Notes: generated from the letters alone by a model not told the origin. A stretch of 64,000 nt of DNA from Felis catus (GCF_018350175.1 NC_058368.1:212662001-212726000), one strand, 5' to 3'. Counted from the first letter of the stretch, positions 28,090 through 42,893 are shown. Made by a program: numbers and translations.

Positions 28090-30022
28090 CTATAGATTCA
28101 ACACTACCCCAATGAAAATTCCAGAAAATTATTTTGTGGATATCAATAAACTGATTCTAAAATTTATATGGAGAGGTGAAAGACTCAGAATAGCCAAATA
28201 CAGTATTGAAGGAGAAGAACAAAGTCAGAGGACTGACTCCACCCAATTTCAAGGCTTATTATAAAGCTACAGCAAGCAAGACAGTGTGGTATTAGTGAAA
28301 GAATAGACAAACGGATCAGTGGAACATAACACAGAGACCAGAAATAGACCCACATAAATATAGTCAACTGATCTTTGACAAAGGAGCAAAGGCAAAGCAA
28401 TGGAACAGAAATACCTTTTCAAATGATGCTAGAACAACTGAACATCCACATACAAAAAAAAAAAAAAAAAAAAAAGAATCTAGACATAGATCTTATACCT
28501 TTCACAAAAATTCAAAGTGGATAATAGACCTAAATGCAAAATGCAAAATTATAAAACTCCCAGAAGATAACATAGGAGAAAACCTAGAAGACCTTGCATA
28601 CTGTAATAACTTTTTAGAAACAACCTCAAGGTATGATCCATGAAAGACATAATTGATAAAAACTGGAATTCATTAAAATTAAAAGCTTCTGATCTTATAT
28701 TATAAGAGATATGATAAGAGAATGGAAAAACAAGCCACAGTCTGGGAGAAAATATTTACAAAACACATCTCTGATAAAGGATTGATATCCAAAATATACA
28801 AAGAACTCTAAATGCTCAACAAGAAGACAAACAACCCAGTTTAAAAATGGGGGAAATAGGGGCGCCTGGGTGGCGCAGTCGGTTGAGCGTCCGACTTCAG
28901 CCAGATCACGATCTCACGGTCCGTGAGTTCGAGCCCCGCGTCAGGCTCTGGGCTGATGGCTCAGAGCCTGGAGCCGGTTTCCGATTCTGTGTCTCCCTCT
29001 CTCTCTGCCCCTCCCCCATTCATGCTCTGTCTCTCTCTGTCCCAAAAATAAATAAACGTTGAAAAAAAAAATTAAAAAAAAAATGGGGGAAAGATCTGAA
29101 CAGACACCTCGTCAAAGAAGATATGTAGATGATAAATAAGCATATGCAAAGATGTTCAACATCATGTCATTAGAGAATTGAAAATTACAACAACAATGAA
29201 GTACCACTACACACCAAAATTCAAAACACTAGCAATACCAACTAAGCTAGGATGTGGAGCAACAGGAACTGTCATTCTTTGGTAGTGGAAATACAAAATG
29301 GTACAGCCACTTTGGAAGACAATTTGTCAGTTTCCTACAAAACTAAACATATTCTTACCATGGTATCCTATAGTTGTGCTCCTTGGATTTACCTATGTGA
29401 GTTGAAAACTTATATCCACACGAAAACCTGTACATGGATGTTTATAGCAGCTGCATTCATAATTGTCAAAACTTAGAAGCAACCAAGATATCCTTAAATA
29501 GGTGAATAAATAAGCAAACTATGGTGAATCCAGACAATGGAATATCATTCAGTGCTGAAAAGAAATGAGCTATTAAGCCATGAAAAGACACTGAAGAAAT
29601 TAGCTGGATATTAATAAATGAAAGAAACCATCTGAAAAAAAAACTACAGTTGTATGATACCAACTCTATGACATTATGGAAAAGGCTAAACTATAGAGAC
29701 AGTGAAAGGATAGGTAGTTGCCAAGGGTTAGCAGTGAAACTACTCTGTATGATACTATAATGGTGGATACATGTCATTATACATTTGTCCACACCCATAG
29801 AATGTACAACACCAAGAGAGAACTCTAATGTACACTGTGGACTTTGGGTGATATGTCAGTGTAGGTTTATCGACTGTAACAAATTTACCAGTTTGATGTA
29901 GGGTTTTGATGGTGAGGGAGGCTCTGCATCTGTGATGGTAGAGACTAAATGGAAATCTCTGTATCTTTGCTGAATTTTGCTGTGAACCTAAAACTGCTCC
30001 AAAAAATAGTCTATTAAAAAAA
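28090..30022 (+). mobile_element. L1 3' portion (L1MC-like) with 3'UTR, interrupted by a SINE
   Basis: ORF2 3' motifs (gagaccagaaatagacccacataaata..caactgatctttgacaaagg) and the L1MC-type 3'UTR (gatactataatggtggatacatgtcattatacatttgtcc...ttgctgtgaacctaaaactgctc). Confidence 0.88.
28859..29078 (+). mobile_element. Young felid CanSINE (SINEC_Fc type)
   Basis: CpG-rich gggcgcctgggtggcgcagtcggtt..cgtccgacttcagccag.tcacgatctc.cggtccgtgagttcgagccccgcgtc. TSD aaaaatgggggaaa at 28843 and 29079. Confidence 0.97.
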
Positions 30023-31019
30023 TACCATGATAACTTATAAAATATCTGATATTGAGCCTCTAATATATGGTAAGAACTATAGCAGACAGAAAGGAAGGAA
30101 AGGAGTTACAGATGCAAAATTAAATATATGGTTTATATCCTAAATACTCATACTCTAGTTGGAAAGACAGTAAAAATAAACCAAGTAGCTAACCCAGTTG
30201 CACCTCTCCTCCCAACCCCCATGAAGACCTGTCTCTGATTGTGTGACATTTATTTGCAACATACAACTTAGAATCTTATCCAATCACCTCTAAAACACAG
30301 AAAATTACTAAGAGAAATGCAACCAAGATCTTATACAACAGGTTGAGAAGTCAAAAGACTACAGGGGCCAGTTTCACAAGTGAGTAAAGGGAGGCAATAT
30401 ATAATAGAGACTTGCAGACAGGGGTGGGGGTAGGCAGAACTGTGATCAAACTGGAGCATGCTTGCCTGCCTAAAATAATTCACATTCGTAAGAAAGCCAA
30501 ACAAACTAAAACAAAAGAAAGAAAATTTTAAAATAAAATAGCTCATGTCTCATTGTACAATTAATTGTGGACCTATTTTCCCTAAGTATAGGCTTTAAGT
30601 ATCTCTCAATACAAGGCATTTTGATAAACAGATCCCTGCTGCTAGAGAATTTAGAAATTCACTTTAGCATATATTGTACATAATATTTACAGTGGGTTTT
30701 AGTTATCCACTTCTATGTATCAACCAGAATAACAATTAAAATAATGCTAATAATAGAAAACCTAAGAATTAAAAAAAAAAAAAAAAAAAGCTCATATGCC
30801 TGCTCAACAAAAGTGCCAGACGTGATCTCTGTCCTCAACAGCATTCCTTAAAGACTAGGCCACCAATCAATTAAGCAGCACCTACTGACTGAACATTTAC
30901 TTGCTTGGGAAAGAACTATAGAATCAATAAAACACATAAGAGCCAAAACATTAAATGACTTGGGTTGAAAAATGAGTCGTTTCACAGGCAAAAAGAGTCT
31001 AAGGACACATGATGATTAA

Positions 31020-31262
31020 ACTTAATGAGGTATCCTGGGTGAGATCTTGGAACAGAAAAAAGACACTGAGTAAAAACTAAGGGAATCAAGTATGGACTTC
31101 AGTTAACAACAATGTATCAACAAGATATAACAAATATACCTATATCACATCAATATAAGGTATTATTTATAGGTAAAACTGGGTGCCAAATATGTGGGAA
31201 TTCTGTGTACTATGTTGGCAATTTTTTAGCAAATCTAAAACTGCTCTAAAAAAATAAAGTGT
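31020..31262 (+). mobile_element. Old L1 3'UTR fragment (L1MC4/5-like)
   Basis: gatcttggaacagaaaaaagacact.agtaaaaact...tatggactt.agttaa...gggaattctgtgtactatg.tggcaattttt...taaaactgctctaaaa. Confidence 0.65.
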
Positions 31263-31469
31263 TTTTTTTTTTTTTAAGTGAATTAATGACTGATATAGGG
31301 ATAAATCCAGGCCTCTTGATTCCAGGCTTCCTTGCTTTTCCCACAGGCCAGCATTTGTAATCTGTTTATGTCGTGGAAGCCTTTGGTAGTCTGAGAAACA
31401 TAAAAGATAATGAATTACAAAGGAAACAAATGCTATTGAAATGCAGTAATCAAATAGTAAAAAACCCAC

Positions 31470-31825
31470 AAATTTGTTATGTTACGGATATGTGTGTTGT
31501 CATTAATATATCAAATACAAGATCTAATGATAGGTCTCTGACCTACTATAATTTTGAAATGTGAGGAATATAAATGGTAGTTCAAAATACCTGCACTTAC
31601 TAAAATTATGATATGAAGATATTTTTTATTTATATTGGTGCAGAGTCGTAAATACTAATACTACTATGGTTTGTTGCCTACATTCATAATTTAAGGAAAA
31701 GTTAAATTTCAGTTAGATGTGAAAAACTGCTATAAATTTTTCCCATCCTTGTTCGTAGGCCACACATACCTCCACTGTCTCCTACGTTCTATCCACAGTC
31801 GAACAGTTAAGAATCTGTGGACTAC
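31470..31825. mobile_element. hAT-Charlie DNA transposon relic
   Basis: tactactatggtttgttgcctacattcataatt..aggaaa.g.taaatttcagttaga...ttcccatcc..gttc resembles Charlie-family ends. Confidence 0.5.
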
Positions 31826-33852
31826 GAAAGTACTTGCATTTGCAGCCTCTCTAAAAATAGTAACAACTGAGGTTCTATAGTCAGACTACAGTCAGTAGTC
31901 TTCCCAGTCTTGGATTTATGTCTCTTTGGATACTGAAACAAATTTTTAGAAAAATGCTGTATTGCAATGACTCTCTCCTTTGCCCTACACATCCTCACCT
32001 TTGTTCATCTTATTCTTCTCCTTGGTCTGATGTCCTTAATACCCTTATGAAAAAATTGGAGGTGAATCTGAATGTTCATCATTTTTTTTTTTGTTATTCA
32101 CAATATGAATCTAGAACTTCCTCTAGTTTGTTTATATTTTCTTCCTGTCCTGTCTTGGTAATGAGTTCCACATGCTTAACTAAGTGCTTTATATAGGAAT
32201 ACTCTCTTTAACTTGTCCATATTCTCTCCACACAACATTTTCTCTGAGAAATGGTGAAAAACAGCCCACATTCAAATCAAGTTTCTAAAGATTTACCTGT
32301 ATAAATACTATTCATCTGTGGTTGGTTTACATCTTATCAGTCATGGATATTTAAATATTCCTCTGAGATGTGGCTTTCTAAATTTCTCTGTTGCCCCATC
32401 CCCCTCTCACCAAGTTACTAGGAATGGAAATCCCGTGGTATCCAAGCTATGCCATCCAAAAAGTGCATAGTATCTTGCCCAGAAATGGCTGGTGACTAGG
32501 AGCTTGGCAGTGCTGAGTAAAATTTTGTAGGTAAACACTTCAAAATATTCCCCTGATGGCTTTCTTCATCTTTACACAAACTTACCTGTTGATGGTATCT
32601 GTCAGTGCCTCCTTCCCAGTAGAGCAGTGTTGGCCCCACAAATCAGAATTTCTGTTTGCTGAGAATGGAGCCTGGAAATAACTCAACCACAAGTAATCTG
32701 AAAACATTTACCTGCCTAAACCAATCTTTCTTTCAACATGCCAGCTCAGGTGTTGCCAAGCTTGGAGACATCTCAAACAATGTGCTTTGTTTCTGAAAAA
32801 CATAATTAATCTACAATGATTGAAGTCTGACAAGATATCCTCAAGCTATCCTTTATTTTGTTTTCTTAAGAGCCACTTTACATAAGCAATTTAATATTAT
32901 AAAGTCTGAAAAAGACTTAAGTGAATTTAAGGGAACTGGTTGACTCAATTTTATTTGATTTTGACCAGATACTTCCAACTAATTACTAGTTCTTACCAAT
33001 ACTGTCATGTTAAAATATAAATAATGTGGATTTATAAGAACAGAGGCTATTTGATTTTATTTTTCTACTCAAGCAAGAATTTGCCTGGGCTTGCTGAGCA
33101 CTTAGAAAAACTTGCTGTTTAGCTATCTTTGTCCTGAAACATGAAAATAATACATATCCCTGAATGGATTTTTTTTTACTTTTCTGTGATCCATTTCTGG
33201 GTCCTTAGTAAAAGAATGCCACCTTACTAAAATCAAGTTCTCCTTAGTTCTCCTTGATGAGCTTTATGCCATTGACAAAAGCATTCCTCTATGTTTGCCT
33301 CCTCCTCCATGATTTCAGTCAGACTAAAGACGGTCCTTCCAAATTCCCTGCACCTCTTGGGGTCCTGGTGTCTCTGGCCAGAAATCAGGCTGCGGTAGCT
33401 GTGAATGTTTGATACTGATTATTTTCCTCTCATTTCCAAGAAGGAAAAAAACACTATTAACAATAAACCTTTTCATTCAAACTGTGTTTTATGGCTTACA
33501 CTTATCTTAAAGTTGTGAGTCTTTGTCTTTTTGACCTAAACAATAAAATTCTGTTGGAACTTCCATAGAGGTGCCCACTTTTAAATGTGCCAGGTTAAGG
33601 ACATTAAACATATCACCTCTCTAGTATTACTTTCATTTCATTAAAAATAGATATTTTAATGCCAAAAAAAGATAATGACATCAATTAAGAATAAAGAACA
33701 GTTGTTTTAGTAAGTTTATGAAAAGTTTATTATCTATCCTTTTTTGGTTTGTTTTGGTTTTGTTTGTTTTTTAGTTTCACCACTGTCTAGTCCAGATTTC
33801 AGGAATTATTGCTTTGTAGTATAATTTGGGTAAGATAAAATATCAGGAAATA

Positions 33853-34268
33853 GTGTGGGAGCCTATGACAGTCATAAAAACATGCCCCTTCACATCTGTT
33901 ACTTCAGGAGTATGACAGGAAAGATCAAGCTGTGGCCCTCGGGACCCACACGCAGGTCCACTTCCCACTGGCCACTCCCTGGCCACGACTCATGTTAGTA
34001 GGCATGATATGGCAGGCCCATCTGTCAAGATGCAGGACTCCTCTGATGAGTGACTGGCTGATGGACTCCCCATAGGCTGGCAGAAATTTTCCTAGGACTG
34101 CGCTGTACTTTGAGATACTTCCCACACATCCCTCCCTCCTTCCTCTCTCCTTCACAGGGAGGAACCATACCTACATCGCAGTCTTCTTCCCTTGTAGATA
34201 TTAACACATCGCTTACAGGTTGAATCTTATCTAGATGACTGTTTCATAGATGATCCAAACAAACACAA
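33853..34268 (+). mobile_element. ERVL solo LTR (LTR40-like)
   Basis: TG...CA ends; ggactgcgctg.a.t.tgaga.acttcc.ac..atccctcc.tccttcct.ctctccttcacagg resembles LTR40. Confidence 0.65.
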
Positions 34269-36881
34269 AGCCCTTTCCCATCCACTACTTCATTCACCTG
34301 TGCCTCACACCACCACTGGTAGAATTGAAGGATGGCTATAATAAACAAGAGACAAGCATAAGTCAACATCCATGTGAAAGCTAGAACTGGACACTAGTCA
34401 TTTTGATTCTCCAAGATTGGCTTTCTCTAAGTTTCCATTATTTTTTCTTTCTCTTAAGAGAAGAAAGGAGAGGAGAGCAGAGGGGAGAGAGAGAGAAAGA
34501 GGAAGAGAGAGAAAGGGAAGAAGGGAGGGAGGAAAGGAGGAAGAAAGAAAAAAGGTCTCTTGATAAGCAGAGGTCCTGTCTTATGTGTCTTTGTCCAGAA
34601 CCCATATTCAATAAATGTTTGTTGAGCTCAAGATGTCTCCCCTGTTAGAGGTAAAGCCATTCAGAAGGCATTTGCACTTGCAGATTAGGCAGCCCAGTGC
34701 AATCTTGCACTTGCAGATTATGACTTTTAAACCCTTCTTTGACTTTGGTAATGGGAGCAGGTTTCATTCTGTCTTAGATTTTCAGGGACAATAAAGTAGT
34801 AATGTTCAATTAACAATCAGGGAGGAAGATAATGAATAATCAGATTACAGCTCGTTCCCTCACCCATCTTCTGTTTACTCTCTGCCTTTATCTCCATATT
34901 TCATACATTTCATTTATCATAAGCCAAAGTCCCAGTGCTAGGATTTCATTACCCAAGAGTCTAAGATCCTTCTTCTGTATTTTGATGGAACTCATCCAAG
35001 TGTCTCTTTTCAGTGAAGAATTAGATGTAGAGTTGATCCCTTCAATATCTAAGGGAATCCAGTAAAATCAAACCCCACATTCTTTGGATAGTTTCATAGG
35101 AATCCCCAAATGCACTCCTTCCTCCTTGTATTTTTTAAAATTAATTTACCTATTTATACTGTTGCTAAGATACCCATTTCTAATCTTTCCCACCTGGGTT
35201 CTGAAGCAAGCAGAGTGATTCAGGTATAATTTCACTTTCTCTTCATTTGGTTTTTTGGTTACTATGATGAACCATTTTCATCACATTTTTTGAAAAATTA
35301 AGTTTCTTTTTGATTCAGAAAGCTTCTGGATTCCATTAAAATCACTCAGTCTGTGAATCACAGAGTCAGAATTTTAGAGCTAAAGTGGCTAAAGAATTAC
35401 CCAGTCCAACTCTTTTGTGTTACATATTAATTCATTTAGGCTCTTGAGAAATAGTATTCAACATCTTGTACATGGCAGGCACTGGGCTGGTTACTGAGGT
35501 TACATTCTTTTGGGAAAATGAAATACATAAACAAGTACTAAACAGTGTAATTCAAGTGCAAAAGAAACCCAGAAGAAGGGAGGTTGTTGGGAGAGCCAAC
35601 ATAGAAAAGAACACCTAGAAAGCCTCAAGTATTTGCTGCTGTGTGTCTGTTCTTCCTATTTCGTGTCAGGCTATGCTGCAAATGTTTTATTTCTAAGAAC
35701 TCCTTCATGCTTCACACAACCCTATGAGATAGAAACTATTGTGATCTCCATTTTAGAGATGAAAAAAACAAGTCCTGGAGAGGTTCAGTCACATGCCTGA
35801 GTAACACATCAGTAAATGGCAGAACAAAAAGGGCGTCATCCAGTTCCCATCCTCTTAACCACTGTGCATCCTGCCACTCTGACTTCACCAGATTTCCCAG
35901 GTTAAACACTAAGGAGCTAGGGGTGAATCGAGTTGTTCTTATTACCAGACTAGCATTAAATTCTAGCTCCTAAGACCCCAGAGTGTCTATTTTTCTTAGT
36001 GGTCTGTCAGAGACTGATGACTCTCAAGTAACTTCTTAAAAAAAGGTAAGACATTCCCTAGAATAGCAACTCTGGGGTCCTTGTTTAGAAGTGCCCAAGC
36101 TTTGGATAGGGGGATATGACAAATATAAGACTGAACTTCCATTAAACAAAAAAGCACTGTGAGCAAAAGCGTGGTGTGTTTGGGTGAATAGTGAGCTTCT
36201 ACCACATGCAAGGTATAATAATAATCAGGTTTTCAAAATACTCAGCCAGACTTCACTAGCCTTTCTAAGATAGAAATGCACAGACAGATAAAAGACTGTG
36301 TTCATGTTTTATTTTAATCTTTGCCTCCCCGTTTGTGGTCTTAGAGGCCTTAGTATTGAAAGCAAATGATATTTCTACCTCCTCCTTCCCAAGACAGGAA
36401 TTTACATTTTAATTTTGGAACACTTAGGGAAAAATCAAATGAAATGCTTTATTTACTTTTTTGAGACCTTTTTTTTTCTTCTTTCCAGGAAAAAAACCTA
36501 TTGCTTTACTGAGTTGTAGACCAAATACCATAAGTCCCAAGGCAGAACTGGTTATGGGAATTATAGAAAATGTGTGTGTGCTTCACCCAGGAGGAAGGAG
36601 CACAGTTTCAAGGGGTTCCAGCATGGAATAGATTTGTATCAGAGCATAGGAGTTAGTTTACCTTGAACTGAACTTCAAATCAGAGAGTTTATACATAAAC
36701 AGGAAATACACTTTAGTAAATATGTGCTGAGAGTTCTACTCTATTAAGGAAAGTTATTTATGTGCATTTTTGTCATGTTATTAGAAGTTTTGAAGCCCTC
36801 TAAACTATGAAAATGACAACATAGCTACCAGTGTATAATTCTTTGAGTTTGTTTACCCAGCCTACCCTCTGCTCACCTAAG

Positions 36882-36999
36882 TAGGGTGGCCATAAAACTT
36901 ATCATCCATCGTAGACACTTAGAAAGCAGAAGTATTAATTACATTGGGACACGTATAGACCAAGACTGAACCAGCTGACTAGCACGAATGATCAGCCTA
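36882..36999. mobile_element. MER94-like hAT-Blackjack MITE
   Basis: Imperfect terminal inverted repeats tagggtggccat / atgatcagccta; internal ttatcatcca...gacact...tattaattac...gggaca. Confidence 0.55.
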
Positions 37000-38520
37000 A
37001 TCATGAACAAAATTCCCTTTTCAAGCAAAGAAACTGTAACAGCATGTTGTCTTATAGGCAGAACATGATGGTAAGTATGAAGCCATATTAATGGACAGTA
37101 AGAGAGTTTCCCACTTGGGACTACATTGAACACAGAAATTTAGAGCTGGAGAGGCCAGTGTAATCAACTAGTTCAGCTAAATGAAGAAGAAAAAGGAATT
37201 GGAAAGACACGTAGGTTTAGTTTACAAAGTAGGAAAGGAATCTAGGCCTCCTGACTCAGCTATATCAATCTGTCTCTTGGATAGTTTCTGAGGCTCAGCT
37301 GTCAACCGAGTGACTAAGGTCCCAATGGAACGACCCAAAAGGGTCAGTCACTTCCCCTCCTAGCATCAGTGTCCTCCCCACCCTCCCATGAAACACCCTC
37401 TATGTTTTCTACCAGCTCCAACAATCACATGTTTAGCTTTTCTTGCTGTAGAACTAGTAGACAATAACACTAGTGGATAACAGCACCAATCATTTGAGCA
37501 GCACCCTTGGAAGTGAACAGGCTTGTTCTCATTAATTAGCACATTAATTAATCATTTATGTGGAAAAGCATTCACCACTCATTATCACCTAGCAATAAAC
37601 TGAGGTCTAAGAATAATGACATTTAGGAAGAAAGGTCAGTTCTGATGGGAGAGGAAAGGTCTTTAGGGAATCTGATACTGTAAATAAGAGCAGGTGATAG
37701 AAGACATTCAACACTGTGCCTGGGATAGTGGTGGTGGGCCATGTGAAGGTTCTGCATATTGAAGAAGAGATAGCTGAAGTGACTAAGAATGACATGAGAA
37801 GAGAAGAAGGTTCAGAAGACAAGTTTTGCATGGTGTATACCCTGGCAAAGGGATATGTTAGGGCTTCTTCAAAGTTAATTAAAAGCATGAGCTCATACAT
37901 TGAGCAGGTGTGGGATGCCCAGAGCATCCAAGAGTGTTTTCTCTGCCTTTGATTATGGGCAGAAACTTAGAAATCAAAGACCAGGAATTAATTATCCTCT
38001 TGAAGGTAGGTTCCACTGAGTGTCTCTCTCTAACTCTGTAGTATTTCCCCGCAAGTCAAGGTGAGTTGGCAGGAAGAGAGAGATGAATTAATCCAAATAC
38101 AGAATTAATTTTTTTCTTATCACTCATGAGTAGCACATTCTGTTTTATACAGTGAGGCCAGGAGAGTTGGAATGGATGCCTCTTGCAAATCTAAGAGAAA
38201 AAAATAATGAAATTCTGGCATTGTTTGGAATGAAGAAACAATTCTTTCTGGAGGATCAGTTCCTCTGTGGTAATATCCTTGCTGCATGAAACCAATGTTT
38301 AGATGAAGATGGAAAAATTGAATCAGTCATTCAGAACTTAATCACAGTATAGTCTTATTACTTATTGTATATTTGGGATTTTATAAATGACGAATATTTC
38401 AGTTTTCACCAAGATGTTGAATGCCATGGAAGATTGATGGCTCTGCAGTGACATCAAAAAATATTTCTCAAGTTTTTTACTTTAGATCTTCCAGAGAACC
38501 ACTTAAGAAGTTCCCTTTTA

Positions 38521-38736
38521 GGGGCACCTGAGTGGCTCAGTCGGTTATGCGTCCGACTTCGGCTCAGGTCATTATCTCACTGTTTGTAGGTTCAAGCCCC
38601 ACATCAGGCTCTGTGCTAACAGCTCGGAGCCTGGAGCCTGCTTTGGATTCTGTGCCTCCCTCTCTCTCTGCCCCTCTCCCACTCACATTCTGTCTCTCTC
38701 TCAAAAATAAATAAAACATTTAAAAATATTTTTAAA
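38521..38736 (+). mobile_element. CanSINE (SINEC)
   Basis: Full body. TSD aagaagttc(c/t)ctttta at 38505-38520 and 38737-38752. Confidence 0.95.
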
Positions 38737-40902
38737 AAGAAGTTCTCTTTTATTGGATGGTACTCAGGAAGTATGCATTAAGTATTAATCTGTTGCACCT
38801 GGTCTAAACTAAGACATACATTTTGGGTACATACATTTGGGAACAAAAGCATTAGTACAGTGCTTTTCACACTCTGATATTTTCTATTTATTAATGCTGT
38901 TCTTGTCTATAAAACTGATCTCTTAACCTGGTGTGTAATGACCCACTGTTTGAAACATGGTATTCTAGGAGGCTATGAATCAGATTCCTAAGACAGGGTT
39001 TGTGTTTTGATGCTGATTTTCCATGGACATTCTGCATATACTTCCTTGCACATGTTATCTCTGCTGCAAAGTGGGAAAACTAGAGTAGTATATAAACAAT
39101 GCCAAAACTAAGGCCTAGTAAACTCAGTAAAAGAAGCCAAATCAATTAATTTAAAAATAGAGAATTAGTTTCTGCCTGACTGGACTTTTCAAATCTGTCA
39201 AAATGGCCAATGCTATAAAATTTCTCTCCTACATATCTCTCTGGAGTTAATAAAATGACTGAGAAGCACTCCAAATCATTTTTTTAAAGATCAAGAAATG
39301 AAGTTGAATTAATTTTAAATTTGTGATTATTATTGATACTGTTTTTAAAGTATAAGTTTCAATCACTGGAAAAAGTCACCATTTCTTTGACTTTTCAACA
39401 GTAATTTACATTCAATTCATTTGATGACCCTGTTTCATGCTTGAGTTTAGGTTGTCTGTATTAAGGTCATTAGTAAAGAACAAGGAGTCTGGTAAAGAAC
39501 ATGTCACTTTTAGTATCTTTCTAAGAAATTGGATTAAATTATAATATCCATTATTTGAGTTTTCAGTATAAGATACATCACACATTCAGGAATGGCTCAC
39601 CCAATGAAATATATCTGTTAGCCACTGTTTATGAGCTAAGCATAAACACTCACATTTTTACTTAGCACTTACTAATTGACAGACACTAGAACAGGCACTC
39701 AGAGCTGAATGTAGGTCATTCTAGGCCTTCATCCAGCTGCACAGAAAGCCTAACTAATGTCCCTTTCTGTGATAGGTCTGTCTTAAATGACTGCCTGTTC
39801 TGAACTCTAATTTTGACAGCAATATTTAGCCAGTATACACCTGGTCTAAGCATCTATAGCAGTACCTAGGTTTGTTGAAGTTTATTCAACTTGGAGCTCT
39901 GGTAAGTCACTAATTGGAAATTAAAATGTATAGTTTCTATAATTTATTGTATTTAATTATACACTTAGCCATAATGAACAAGGTGGTTAAAATTTACAAC
40001 TGATTTACATTACTTAACTATAATTTTTTTTAAGAAATTGGCTTCTTACCTTTCTCTTTGAGATACCAAAATGTTGTTGAGGACAAGAGTTATGCCTTAC
40101 ACTTGTTTGTAAGCTCAGAACCTTGGGATGTTTAGTACAAAGCAAGTGGGCATACTTACTTAGACTGATGGCAGCTAAGGAGATTTATTTCTTGGAATAT
40201 ACTTTGAAAATATCTGCTGACAGGCTTCTTCCTATTAAGGGTGACCTTGCAGCCCTTTCCCCTCACTGGGCTCTTCTACCTCTTGTAATTTTGTTCTAGA
40301 TGCTATCCCTTAACTATCATATTTTGCTGATGTAATGATGTCCCAACTGTACAAACTGAAAGTGGATCCCCATTTAGAAAACGTGGGTGTCAAAACTTGT
40401 CCTGTGTTAGTTATTCATTTCACACCTACCATTGTACATGGTATCCATTCTAAGATGGAAGGTTGTCCCTTCTGCCAGAAGTATAGAGGCTCAGGACTCT
40501 GTCTCTACCCTGGGGAGCGCTATACTAGGAAGCAATTTTGGATGATGGTTCTGAGCACCACATGCCATAGGGTAGAGCTGAGGGAGAGTGGAGTGGGGAG
40601 TGATAGCAATCAAGGAGGCAACCTCTTGTCAATAAGTCTCAAGTCAGGAAGACTTCACAGTGTGAACTTACTAAAAGCTTTCTAGAGGGAATAGAGGAGT
40701 GAGGTGGGGCTTAAAAGTGCACAAAGATTGAGACCTGGAAAGCAGGTAGGACATTATTTCCACTATATAATAGCAAAGTAGGAAAGGCCAAAACTGTGTA
40801 ATTTAACAGAGAGAACACAGAAATACTCCCCTGAATTTTTTTCATAGCTTCATTGAGATAAAATTGACATATAAACTTCCCATATTGAAAGTGTACAATT
40901 GG

Positions 40903-41100
40903 AGGGGCACCACCTGGGTGACTCAGTCAATTAAACATCTGACTTCTGCACAGGTCATAATCTCATTATTCATGAGTTTGAGCTGTATCGGGCTCTGTGC
41001 TGACAACTCAGAACCTGGAGCCTGCTCCAGATTCTGTGTCTCCCTCTCTCTCTGCCTCTCTCTCTCTCTCTCAAATAAATATTAAATTTTTTTTGAAAGA
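40903..41100 (+). mobile_element. CanSINE nested in L1
   Basis: SINE body. TSD gaaagtgtaca at about 40887 and 41103. Confidence 0.93.
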
Positions 41101-42751
41101 AAGAAAGTGTACAGTGTGATGTTTTTACCTATATATACTTGAGACCATTGTCATCATGAAGATAATGAACCTATCCATCACGCCCAAAAGTTTCCTTGTT
41201 CCTTTTGGAATCATTCCTTTCCACTTCTCCCCACAACCCCAGGGAAATACTGATATACATTCTGTCATGACGGTCCACTTTAAATTAATTTTTGTATATG
41301 GTATGAGGTAAGGATGGAGGTTAGTACGTTGTTTGGTTGGTTTTTGCACATGTTTATCTAACACCATTTATTGAAAAGATTAGTCTTTTCCTATGAATTG
41401 CCTCAACAATTTTGCTCCATATTAATTGATCATGCATGTGTGGGTTTATTTCTGAATTCTCTATTCTGTTCCACTGATCTGTCTTTAGGCCAGTAACATT
41501 GTCTGGAGTAACTAGCATTGTCATAAAATCGGGTAATGGAAAGTCCTCCAACTGTATTCTTTTCAAAGTTCTATGGTTATACTAAGTACTTTGTATATAA
41601 ATTTTGAGATCAGATTCTCAATTTCTACAAATAAGACTACTGGGGATATAACTGAGATTGTTTTTAATGCATATGTCAGTTGGGGATAAATAAACATTAT
41701 AATAGTACCAAGTTTCTCAATCCATGAGCACAATATATTTCTTCCCCACTCAGAAATGTGTTTTAGTTTTCAGTGTGCCGCTCTTGCACATTTTTTGCCA
41801 AATTTATCCCTTAATATTTTTGTATGTTATGACATTAGAAATGGCATTTTTATTACAATATCTGATTGCATGTGGCTAGTATATGGGAATATAATTGATT
41901 TTTGCATATTGACCTTGTATCAAGCAATCATGCTAAACATACTTAATAGTTTAAAATCAATTTATATAGATTCCATAGGATTTTCTACATAGATAATCAT
42001 GTCATTTGCAAATTAAGTATTTCTTCCTCTCCAATTTGAATGACTTTTATTTATTTTTCTTGCTTTATTGAATGGCTAGAAACTCCAATTCAGTGTTGAA
42101 TAGAAGTGGTAAGGTGGACTTTGTCTTTCACCATTAGGTATGATTTTAGCTGTAAATTGTTCATAGATGGTCTTCATCAGATCAAGGAAGTTTCCTTTTA
42201 TTGCAGTAGGAATGCTGAGAATTTTTATCAGGAATAGATATGGGATGTTATCTAATGCTTTTTCTGCAACTATTGAGATCATATGGTCTTTTAATGTGGT
42301 GAATTATAGAGATTGATTTTCAAATATTAAATAAACTTTGCATTACAAGGATAAGCTCCACTTGGTTGTGAGATATTATCTTTTTACTATATTATTGGAT
42401 TTTACTTGCTAATTTCGTTAAAGAATTTTTTTTTCGTTAAAGAATTTTCGTATCTATGGTCTGTAGTTTTCTTTTCTTATAATGTCTTTCATCTTGCCAT
42501 ACAGGTAATGATAGCTTCACAGAATGAGCTGAGAAGTGTCCCTCCTTCTTTAATTTCCTGGAAGAGAATTGCTATCATATATTTATTAGATGGTTGGTAG
42601 AATTTTCCAGTAAAGCCATCTGGGCTTGGAGTTTCCTTGTGGGAAAGTTTTTAATTATAAATTAAATTTATTTAATAGACAGGGCTATTGAAGTTATGTA
42701 TTTCTTCCTGATTGAATCTTAGTAGTTTGTGTCTTTAAAAGAACGTTTCTC

Positions 42752-42893
42752 AGGGCACCTGAGTGGCTTGATGGGTTGAGCGTTGGACTCTTGATTTCAG
42801 GTCAGGTCATGATCTCACAGTTTGTGAATTTGAGCCCCACATCTGTCAATCTGGAGCCTGCTTGGGATTCTCCCTCTCTTTGCCCCTCCCCTG

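Noticed and set aside
28859..28940. tRNA gene (A-box and B-box-like motifs)
   Set aside because: It is the tRNA-derived head of a CanSINE, followed by SINE body, tail and TSD.
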